Part shown: one piece after another, positions 8,313 to 14,136 of the stretch
How positions within the stretch are numbered: position 1 is the stretch's first letter
Layout of the letters: each line of letters starts with the position of its first letter
IMG/VR virus record: IMGVR_UViG_3300037991_001301
Coordinates: 1 to 26,867 of that record
Source: a virus
Taxonomy: Duplodnaviria > Caudoviricetes
Length of the DNA stretch: 26,867 bases
Reading direction: 5' to 3' (one strand)
Notes under the pieces: generated by a model
What the model was told of the DNA's origin: nothing
Databases searched by the model: none
Seen by the model: the letters and a program-made list of their open reading frames with translations, nothing else
Made by a program: the position numbers and the translations under genes

Positions 8313-8819
8313 TTAACCCTCGTCCGATTTTTTTTGTTCGTGCGTGCGTGCGTTCGTCTGCGCCTCGTCTGCGCGTGCGTGCGCTTCCGTGCGTGCGTAA
8401 TTGTCCGACAGCTGTAATGATTCAGATTCGTCCGTGCGTGCATCTATTATGCGCCCGTGCGCGTTGGATAAAATACCAGCTAGATCAAGGTTATGGTTTA
8501 CTTCTTGGCGATCTGACCAATTTTCAGAACGGTTCTTTAAATAGAAGATTTGAGCGGTGACATTCTTGTCGATTGTTGCGGATTCGTACAGAGCATTTGC
8601 CACCCGTGAAACTCCTAATGCTTCTCCTTTTTTTATAGCTTCATCAATTTCCTCAAATTCTTTACGCCTTCTATCTATTGTTGACCAGGAAACGCCCAAA
8701 CATCTGGCAATTTGTCCGCTGGTTAATCCTTGTGATCCTAGCTCAACTATTTTATTTAATGTTTCTTTATCGTTAAGTTTTATCTTTTTACGGCCTGGTT
8801 TTTTTAGTTGTTTTGTCAT
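8313..8819 (-). CDS. terS: Terminase small subunit
   Basis: Directly upstream of terL; N-terminal KPGRK, HTH (GLTSGQIARCLGVSWSTI) and the AQIFYLKNR...W-x-DR motif of small terminases. Confidence 0.85.
   Translation of the reverse strand: MTKQLKKPGRKKIKLNDKETLNKIVELGSQGLTSGQIARCLGVSWSTIDRRRKEFEEIDEAIKKGEALGVSRVANALYESATIDKNVTAQIFYLKNRSENWSDRQEVNHNLDLAGILSNAHGRIIDARTDESESLQLSDNYARTEAHARADEAQTNARTHEQKKSDEG
8339..8460 (+). repeat. Cluster of CGTGC / CGTGCGTGC repeats in the 3' end of terS
   Basis: CGTGC at 8339, 8343, 8347, 8374, 8378, 8388, 8392, 8433, 8437 and 8456; also TCGTCTGCGC at 8354 and 8365. Confidence 0.9.
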
Positions 8820-8894
8820 GTAATTATTTTAGTTTAATTTTGCGGAACTAAATCCGCTTAATATTAATTAATTGAATTATTTATTAGATTATTA

Positions 8895-8945
8895 TTGACA
8901 TTTAAATATTTATGGGTAAAAATAGGTATAAATAAGTAAAGGAGT
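8895..8945 (+). promoter_or_regulatory. Putative sigma70-type early promoter in the AT-rich divergent region
   Basis: Perfect TTGACA at 8895-8900 with an AT-rich upstream tract, -10-like TAAAAAT at 8917-8923, and AAGGAG RBS before the ATG at 8953. Confidence 0.6.
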
Positions 8946-8952
8946 TATTTAA

Positions 8953-9132
8953 ATGAATACACAAACAACACTTTCAAGGGATCAGAAGATTAATTTTATT
9001 TTAGCCGCTCGCGGTATTGCGAAACTGTCAGAATTTGGAAAATATGTTTTAGATGAATATTCTAAAATGTTAGACGATGAATTAAACATAGAATTTGAAT
9101 TTTATGTCACTGATTTTAATTCTATGAGTTAA
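8953..9132 (+). CDS. Early hypothetical protein, 59 aa (MNTQTTLSRDQKINFILAARG...)
   Basis: Hand-translated; strong AAGGAG RBS; first gene after the promoter; acidic C-terminus. Confidence 0.75.
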   Translation: MNTQTTLSRDQKINFILAARGIAKLSEFGKYVLDEYSKMLDDELNIEFEFYVTDFNSMS

Positions 9133-9144
9133 TCAACCCCCCCC

Positions 9145-9180
9145 ACCACATAGGCGCGTTTTATATGCGCCTTTTGTGGT
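9145..9180 (+). terminator. Extended stem-loop (terminator, attenuator or processing site)
   Basis: ACCACA-T-AGGCGCGT-TTTAT-ATGCGCCT-TT-TGTGGT; inner stem followed by TTTT; preceded by a C8 run. Confidence 0.6.
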
Positions 9181-9211
9181 ATAAGCAATTCATTTTATAA
9201 AAGGAGAAAAT

Positions 9212-9544
9212 ATGAAAATTATGAATAGTAAAGAAAAGAAACAAGAAGCCAACGCAGAATTGATGCAGAGGCTACCAAAAGGAATAACTTTATATACTGA
9301 TCTTGTCCATGTGTCACAATCAGGAATGACACGCTGGATAAAACCAATAGTTATTATTAATAATGAGCCAATCAATATTTCCTATTGGGTAAATAATCTG
9401 TTTGGAAATAAGCAAGCAGAAAAAAACGGCAGTCAATGCGTAAAAGTTGGCGGTTGTGGTATGGATATGGGTTTTCATCTTGTGTACTCAATATCTTCAA
9501 GACTGCATGATGACGGCTACGCAATCAATCAGAGGTGGATTTAA
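9212..9544 (+). CDS. Phage early hypothetical protein (GCGMDMGFHLVY motif)
   Basis: 110 aa; AAGGAG RBS; HVS-x-SGM-x-R and GCGMDMGFHLVY motifs recalled from phage early hypothetical proteins. Confidence 0.8.
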   Translation: MKIMNSKEKKQEANAELMQRLPKGITLYTDLVHVSQSGMTRWIKPIVIINNEPINISYWVNNLFGNKQAEKNGSQCVKVGGCGMDMGFHLVYSISSRLHDDGYAINQRWI

Positions 9545-9699
9545 TGAAAGACTATATCAACCACCGTCCACAGATAACCACCAAAGAAAAGCGCGATCTT
9601 TTAAATAAGTTTAGCGCGGATTTATTCATGGGTTTTATGACTATGTTTGTCATAGTTTCTATGGCTCTACTTGTATTTGGTTTAGAGGTGCAAAGATGA
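9544..9699 (+). CDS. Microprotein with C-terminal TM, 51 aa
   Basis: Hand-translated MKDYINHRPQ...LFMGFMTMFVIVSMALLVFGL; TAATG and ATGA coupling. Confidence 0.65.
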   Translation: MKDYINHRPQITTKEKRDLLNKFSADLFMGFMTMFVIVSMALLVFGLEVQR

Positions 9700-9878
9700 A
9701 TATTAGATTTGAGCAGGCCTTATATAAATACATCGGAGTATGTGAAGATTTTAACAAGATCAGGCATCACATAGACCAGGCAAAATCAGAGAAAGACACA
9801 GGCGGCCGTTGGTATCTTAAAGACCAAGAAGGGCGAATCGTTGCAGTTGTTGAGCCTAACGGGTATGTAAGATGTTAA
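9696..9878 (+). CDS. Hypothetical protein
   Basis: 60-aa ORF, GAGG RBS, ATGA overlap. Confidence 0.7.
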   Translation: MNIRFEQALYKYIGVCEDFNKIRHHIDQAKSEKDTGGRWYLKDQEGRIVAVVEPNGYVRC

Positions 9879-10000
9879 AACTATCCAGGAACAACGCACA
9901 CGCCACACAAGGCGACATTTTAACAAGGGCATACCGTCCTATTAACCAAGCTGTAAATATTAATTACACACAACCACGCGCCACGGGAGAGGCATTTTAA
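9872..10000 (+). CDS. Possible microprotein, 42 aa (MLKLSRNNAHATQGD...)
   Basis: Open frame fills the gap, but has no clear RBS; the region may be regulatory instead. Confidence 0.3.
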   Translation: MLKLSRNNAHATQGDILTRAYRPINQAVNINYTQPRATGEAF

Positions 10001-10002
10001 TT

Positions 10003-10254
10003 ATGAATATCAAAATAGATAGACGATCTAAAAACAGCGCATTTATAACCGTTGGGAGTTTAACTGTATATGTTGAACATTCACCCAATGTTGCAGAGGA
10101 ATTAATAGAAATATTTAAAACAGATGATTTTAATAAAACTATTTTTTCTCATATTAAAAGCCCAGATAACCAAGATGAGTTAATCGCAGACAAGTACCAA
10201 GCGATAACCAACGACAACGCAGATTATTTTGTGCAGGAGAATAAAAATGAATAG
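10003..10254 (+). CDS. Hypothetical protein
   Basis: 83-aa ORF, GAGAGG upstream. Confidence 0.7.
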   Translation: MNIKIDRRSKNSAFITVGSLTVYVEHSPNVAEELIEIFKTDDFNKTIFSHIKSPDNQDELIADKYQAITNDNADYFVQENKNE

Positions 10255-10399
10255 AGGTTGTTGCAACGAATGTGGTTATAAAGCTGATTACATTATTGAT
10301 AAAAATAATTGTGAGGCTAACGGCTACGAAGATTTAAACCAAGTACCACATGACAAAATGTTATGCGGTGCGTGTTATGAGGAGAACGCAGATGAATAA
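10247..10399 (+). CDS. Zn-finger-like microprotein, 50 aa (CNEC...CGAC)
   Basis: Hand-translated MNRGCCNECGYKADY...MLCGACYEENADE; AGGAG RBS. Confidence 0.75.
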   Translation: MNRGCCNECGYKADYIIDKNNCEANGYEDLNQVPHDKMLCGACYEENADE

Positions 10400-10547
10400 C
10401 AAATGGAAATATGTTGTATGGGTTGGTGGTTGTGATGATTACTATACTGAATACGAGAGAGCCAAAGAACATTATGATGAATGGATTGAGCAAGGATATG
10501 ATGATGTTCATTTATTAAAACTAGAGGAGAACGAACATGACAGTTAG
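10392..10547 (+). CDS. Acidic/aromatic microprotein, 51 aa (MNNKWKYVVWVGG...)
   Basis: ORF track start is 10350; the ATG at 10392 has a GAGGAG RBS. Confidence 0.75.
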   Translation: MNNKWKYVVWVGGCDDYYTEYERAKEHYDEWIEQGYDDVHLLKLEENEHDS

Positions 10548-10725
10548 GTGCAATATGTGTATTAGTTTATATTTTGATCCTTCTACTGACGAACAAAGCA
10601 AGGATATCTCATATCCTGATTTAGAAAAGCAGCAAGATAAAGACGGTCATTATTGGGGTTGTCCAAAATGTAAAACTGATATTTATTTAATGGATATAAA
10701 GGAGAATGAAGATGAGTGTATATAA
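10537..10725 (+). CDS. Zn-ribbon-like small protein (CNMC...CPKC)
   Basis: 62 aa, two CxxC pairs, GAGGAG RBS. Confidence 0.75.
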   Translation: MTVRCNMCISLYFDPSTDEQSKDISYPDLEKQQDKDGHYWGCPKCKTDIYLMDIKENEDECI

Positions 10726-10915
10726 AGTAGAAGTGTGGGAAAAATATATTCTTGAGGTAGATGCTGAAAATCAATCTGATGCTGTAAGAGTTGCACATAA
10801 CAAAAGGATTAGTAGTTTGGAAGGCACGGGAACTAGATATCAATTATCTTTAACAAAAATAGGTAAACCCAAATGGCTGCGTAAAAGCGAGGAGAACCAA
10901 CATGACACAACATAA
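10712..10915 (+). CDS. Hypothetical protein
   Basis: ORF track 10706..10915; AAGGAG spacing favours the ATG at 10712. Confidence 0.7.
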   Translation: MSVYKVEVWEKYILEVDAENQSDAVRVAHNKRISSLEGTGTRYQLSLTKIGKPKWLRKSEENQHDTT

Positions 10916-11090
10916 AGAAATGATTGAAGAGGCCAGACGATTACTTAGAAGTAAGAACGAAAACTTGCCGACACTATCCCACAATGTGCAAGAGGATTAT
11001 TGGCTTTACACTTACCCATGCGGGAAGGTCGTTAAATCTTTCAACGATAAACGCAAGCGGGATATAATCATTAAAGAATCAAACCAATGA
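10902..11090 (+). CDS. Hypothetical protein
   Basis: 62 aa, GAGGAG RBS. Confidence 0.75.
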   Translation: MTQHKEMIEEARRLLRSKNENLPTLSHNVQEDYWLYTYPCGKVVKSFNDKRKRDIIIKESNQ

Positions 11091-11188
11091 TCGATTTTTT
11101 GCTATGGCTGCCGTTGGTTCTCCTTTTACTGTTATTCATATCAACGGTGGTCGTAGCACTCTATTTGATTTTATTTAACAATGGGTAA
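11087..11188 (+). CDS. Single-TM microprotein, 33 aa (MIDFLLWLPLVLLLLLFISTVVVALYLILFNNG)
   Basis: Hand-translated; ATGA coupling; almost entirely hydrophobic. Confidence 0.6.
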   Translation: MIDFLLWLPLVLLLLLFISTVVVALYLILFNNG

Positions 11189-11303
11189 GCTAAGACAATG
11201 GTTTCGCATTTGGCTAGACAGACAAATAGAGAAATCATTGCAACGCCAAGCAGATCGAATGTTCAAAAGATCACTCAAAAAAAGACAAAGGTATAACCGA
11301 TGA
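11181..11303 (+). CDS. Basic microprotein, 40 aa (MGKLRQWFRIWLDRQIEKSLQRQADRMFK...)
   Basis: Hand-translated; overlaps both neighbours (ATGA at 11300). Confidence 0.6.
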   Translation: MGKLRQWFRIWLDRQIEKSLQRQADRMFKRSLKKRQRYNR

Positions 11304-11503
11304 TTAACCACGGGAACGCTAAACTTACCTTCAAACAATTCGCACGCAAACATTTAGTGCGATACCTGGAACAGCTATTCGACCACCCAAGCAAGCACAT
11401 ACCAGACTTTGACGACTTAACGCACCGCCAACAAGAAGAGGTACTACGCCACATAAGTTTATTTGAAGATAGAATCAAAAAGATAATCGGAGAAAAGATA
11501 TGA
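11300..11503 (+). CDS. Hypothetical protein
   Basis: 67-aa ORF, ATGA overlaps at both ends. Confidence 0.75.
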   Translation: MINHGNAKLTFKQFARKHLVRYLEQLFDHPSKHIPDFDDLTHRQQEEVLRHISLFEDRIKKIIGEKI

Positions 11504-11742
11504 AGAAAGATAATTTAGTAAAACTAGCACAACAAGTATTGACTGAAATTGATGAAGAAATGCTTGATGAACGAGATAACTATTTAAGATGTGTATTATT
11601 AACAAAACTAAAAAAGGTTTTTGGTGATGCCCGCCAACAATTATATTCACGACCAGAAAATAATATTACTACAAGAAATGCTTATGAAGCTGTCAAACCA
11701 ATTCTTGATGATGCTTTACAAAGTTATAAGGACAACAAATGA
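11500..11742 (+). CDS. Hypothetical protein
   Basis: 80-aa ORF, GGAG RBS. Confidence 0.75.
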   Translation: MKKDNLVKLAQQVLTEIDEEMLDERDNYLRCVLLTKLKKVFGDARQQLYSRPENNITTRNAYEAVKPILDDALQSYKDNK

Positions 11743-11840
11743 AGAAAGATAAAATTAAAACCGCATTTACAATATATTCAATAATCATATTAATTTGTTG
11801 TATCGGTATCTGGACGATGCTTATTACCTGTAAGTTTTAA
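11739..11840 (+). CDS. Single-TM microprotein, 33 aa (MKKDKIKTAFTIYSIIILICCIGIWTMLITCKF)
   Basis: Hand-translated; AAGGA RBS and ATGA overlap. Confidence 0.6.
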   Translation: MKKDKIKTAFTIYSIIILICCIGIWTMLITCKF

Positions 11841-11841
11841 A

Positions 11842-11931
11842 ATGATAGATACTATTTTATTCATTGCCGCAACCCTATTACTAATTTCTATCGTTTTTTT
11901 AAACGATGACGACAACGGCACGGGATTTTAA
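11842..11931 (+). CDS. Single-TM microprotein, 29 aa (MIDTILFIAATLLLISIVFLNDDDNGTGF)
   Basis: Hand-translated; starts 1 nt after the previous stop. Confidence 0.55.
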   Translation: MIDTILFIAATLLLISIVFLNDDDNGTGF

Positions 11932-11946
11932 GATAAATTAAAAGGT

Positions 11947-12132
11947 ATGGACAACATACCTAAACATAACTTCTCATGTTCGTACGATGAATACCCAATC
12001 GATCAGGACATTCTAAAACAAGCCGAGAGTTATAACTTTAAGTATCATTCGCACGGGAAAGTTCTTCAACCAACAACTTACCCAACCCCACAAACAATAA
12101 ATGTTTCCGAACCCCAGGCTTTGCAGTTTTAA
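11947..12132 (+). CDS. Hypothetical protein (3' end overlaps the convergent wHTH gene)
   Basis: 61-aa ORF, AAGGT upstream; last gene of the plus-strand array. Confidence 0.5.
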   Translation: MDNIPKHNFSCSYDEYPIDQDILKQAESYNFKYHSHGKVLQPTTYPTPQTINVSEPQALQF

Positions 12133-12481
12133 GAATCCTTTTCTCCCCTTCGACTGCAATCCATAAAATATCAGCACGCACGAGTTCACTCACGCATCGC
12201 CCTACTGTTTTACTTGATAGGCCTGTCATCTTTGCATAATAACTATATGCATCATGCGAACTAAACGTTTCAACTCTAAACCTTTCACAGATCGCCCAGA
12301 GTGTTAGCTTGCACGCAGGCGAGAGCGTGCGATCTCCCGCACGGGATCTAAACCACTTCCACACGCACGCACGCATTTTGCTAAAACTTTTAAACTTAGC
12401 ACGCACGGATGCTCGTACGCATCCGCTCTTGCTTTCATGCTTTGGGATGCCATTTTCGATCCACCAATACTCTTCTAACAT
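12038..12481 (-). CDS. Winged-helix DNA-binding protein (replication-initiator-like HTH)
   Basis: LSPACKLTLWAICERF...SYYAKMTGLSSKTVGRCVSELVRADIL pattern of wHTH domains in phage replication proteins; adjacent to the iteron-like repeats. Confidence 0.65.
   Translation of the reverse strand: MLEEYWWIENGIPKHESKSGCVRASVRAKFKSFSKMRACVWKWFRSRAGDRTLSPACKLTLWAICERFRVETFSSHDAYSYYAKMTGLSSKTVGRCVSELVRADILWIAVEGEKRILKTAKPGVRKHLLFVGLGKLLVEELSRANDT
12051..12407 (-). repeat. Cluster of GCACG / GCACGCACG repeats (reverse complement of the terS cluster)
   Basis: GCACG on + at 12051, 12174, 12178, 12311, 12339, 12365, 12369, 12399 and 12403; one opposite-orientation copy at 12326. Confidence 0.85.
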
Positions 12482-12491
12482 CTTGCTAATT

Positions 12492-12522
12492 TAAGGGTAA
12501 GGGCGCAAGCCCTTCACCCTTA
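12492..12522. promoter_or_regulatory. Strong hairpin with GCAA tetraloop
   Basis: TAAGGGT-AAGGGC-GCAA-GCCCTT-C-ACCCTTA; 13-bp stem with a single bulge. Confidence 0.7.
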
Positions 12523-12545
12523 TTTGTATATGTAATGGATATATA

Positions 12546-12606
12546 GGACATCTACGGTAGTTAAACAGGACATTTACGGTAGTTCATAGGGACATCTACG
12601 GTACAT
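12546..12606 (+). repeat. Three iteron-like direct repeats with a 22-bp period (candidate replication origin)
   Basis: GGACATCTACGGTAGTT (12546), GGACATTTACGGTAGTT (12568), GGACATCTACGGTACAT (12590); flanked by an AT-rich tract at 12521-12545. Confidence 0.8.
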
Positions 12607-12614
12607 CTCAAGGC

Positions 12615-12710
12615 GGTAATGTAGCCAGAAATTGAAAACATCATCTATTTTTTAGGGGGTAGATTTGATGTTTTCTTTTGTGTAGAGGATATTTTTCCGA
12701 CTACATTACC
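12615..12710 (-). ncRNA. Candidate structured RNA or DNA element: nested long hairpin
   Basis: Outer arms GGTAATGTAG (12615) / CTACATTACC (12701), extending to about 17 bp with G-U pairs on the minus strand; inner arms GAAAACATCA / TGATGTTTTC plus TCTA / TAGA. Confidence 0.4.
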
Positions 12711-12791
12711 TTTTCTTTTACCAAAGATTTTATCGAAGTTAGTATCAAACTTAGACTTATCAAAGGGACGAGGTTTTGAGCCTTTACTCAT
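12645..12791 (-). CDS. Small protein, 48 aa (MSKGSKPRPFDKSKFDTNFDKIFGK...)
   Basis: Hand-translated; GGGAG RBS; KGS-x-x-RP...N-F/W-D-x-IF motif recalled from phage microproteins. Confidence 0.65.
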   Translation of the reverse strand: MSKGSKPRPFDKSKFDTNFDKIFGKRKGNVVGKISSTQKKTSNLPPKK

Positions 12792-12960
12792 CTTCAAACT
12801 CCCTTCCCCAATGGATTTGTTGGATTAGCTTTTCAATGGAATGGATCTTCCTTTGATCGTCCCTGGTGGGCTTTTGTTTATTGACCAATGGTTTACCAAA
12901 CTCTGCCAACGCATCGACCAAAAGCTGCCGTTCTTGTTTATCTGCGTATATCTTTAACAT
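12784..12960 (-). CDS. Hypothetical protein, 58 aa (MLKIYADKQERQLLVDALAEF...)
   Basis: Hand-translated; AAGGA RBS; overlaps the next gene. Confidence 0.7.
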   Translation of the reverse strand: MLKIYADKQERQLLVDALAEFGKPLVNKQKPTRDDQRKIHSIEKLIQQIHWGREFEDE

Positions 12961-12962
12961 GG

Positions 12963-13079
12963 TTATTCCTTTTCAATCTCTGCTAGTCTTTTCTTACAAT
13001 CCTCTAGCCTTTCCTTTATTAGATCGTTTAATCTTTGAATCCAATCTAACTCTTTATTTATTTTATCTAGTGAATCCAT
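12963..13079 (-). CDS. Coiled-coil microprotein, 38 aa (MDSLDKINKELDWIQRLNDLIKERLEDCKKRLAEIEKE)
   Basis: Hand-translated; GGGAG RBS. Confidence 0.7.
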   Translation of the reverse strand: MDSLDKINKELDWIQRLNDLIKERLEDCKKRLAEIEKE

Positions 13080-13094
13080 TACTTTTCTCCCTTA

Positions 13095-13922
13095 TTAATC
13101 GTGGCAAAAGCAAGTCATTTGATCGTCATCATCAAATAACTCTGGTGCTTTTGGTTGTTTACTAATTTCTAATAATTCAATGTATCCTGGCCTATCTTTG
13201 CGAAAGTTTGCACCCACTTCTTTTTCCTTGGCTATCCACCAATCCGCCATGTGTGGCCTTTCCCGTAATATCTTAATCGTAGTGTTCATACCTTTTAAAA
13301 AACATAGATCACAGTTTCCAGCAGGTGTTTTTCCGCCATAACCTTTTAAATTTAAGTCAAAGTTATGTTTATCCCAAAATGCAACAACATCTTCTAAAGT
13401 ATGTTTTGCTTCAGACATAGGTGCTATTGTTTCCCATTTGTTATTCTTTTGATTTCTAGCCGTTGCAACCCTTCTTGGCTCGTCATATCTTAAACCAACA
13501 ACATTAAACCATTCATTAAAACCCTCATTCACCATAAAACGCTTCATTACATTTATTTTTAGTTCAGAAGTACAAAACCTCATAGAAGGATTTGGTAAAA
13601 ACGGTTGCTTCTTTATCAGCATATCAAAAGGCTCTCCATTACGACTAGCGGTCTTATAATCTACAATCTTTGTTCTCCATATCGGCCTTTCACTAGCTAT
13701 CTCTAACTCCAACCAATCAACATGAACATTCCACTTTTCCGCAACCTCATTTACAAAATCTAATGTTTCTGGTGCTTCCTTCCCTGTATTAGCAAAGACA
13801 ATGTAAATATCGTTTGGAAGTTTGCCACCGTAGGCATTAATAATATTCCACAACATAAATCCAGATGTCCTTCCACCGCTAAAACTTATAAGTGCTGGTG
13901 TTGGAATCTTATATGGATTCAT
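13095..13922 (-). CDS. PAPS-reductase-family (PP-loop) protein, phage type
   Basis: ISFSGGRTSG PP-loop, FANTGKE, RFCTSELK, GLRYDEPRR, GNCDLCFLK and C-terminal CFCHD. Confidence 0.85.
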   Translation of the reverse strand: MNPYKIPTPALISFSGGRTSGFMLWNIINAYGGKLPNDIYIVFANTGKEAPETLDFVNEVAEKWNVHVDWLELEIASERPIWRTKIVDYKTASRNGEPFDMLIKKQPFLPNPSMRFCTSELKINVMKRFMVNEGFNEWFNVVGLRYDEPRRVATARNQKNNKWETIAPMSEAKHTLEDVVAFWDKHNFDLNLKGYGGKTPAGNCDLCFLKGMNTTIKILRERPHMADWWIAKEKEVGANFRKDRPGYIELLEISKQPKAPELFDDDDQMTCFCHD

Positions 13923-14077
13923 TTGTCCTTCTCCTTCGGTGGATTAATCATTTCAATATGAAATTTGTTTTCCTTCATGGCCTTTTGGATAACTCTAAGC
14001 TGTTCATCAAAGTTCTCACTCATAATGTCTTTATCGGTATAGACCACTAACTTTAATATTTGTTTATGTTTCATCAT
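13919..14077 (-). CDS. Hypothetical protein, 52 aa (MMKHKQILKLVVYTDKD...)
   Basis: Hand-translated; ATGA overlaps at both ends. Confidence 0.7.
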   Translation of the reverse strand: MMKHKQILKLVVYTDKDIMSENFDEQLRVIQKAMKENKFHIEMINPPKEKDK

Positions 14078-14127
14078 TTTTTTGGTAATTGTTCTGGATC
14101 AAACCAGCCACATGGATAATTAACCAT
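14074..14127 (-). CDS. 17-aa peptide (MVNYPCGWFDPEQLPKK)
   Basis: GGGAG RBS overlapping the primase stop; ATGA coupling to the next gene. Confidence 0.5.
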   Translation of the reverse strand: MVNYPCGWFDPEQLPKK

Positions 14128-14136
14128 AGTATCTCC

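Noticed and set aside
8261-8560. ORFs 8261..8443 (-) and 8348..8560 (+) with HART/RVRA repeats
   Set aside because: Alternative-frame by-products of the CGTGC repeat cluster within terS; no evident RBS.
12546-12606. Mini-CRISPR interpretation of the direct repeats
   Set aside because: Repeats are about 17 bp with 5-bp gaps, with no spacer-length unique sequence and no cas operon.
13095-13922. cysH auxiliary metabolic gene
   Set aside because: Lacks the C-terminal ECG(L/I)H catalytic motif and has no sulfur-pathway neighbours.
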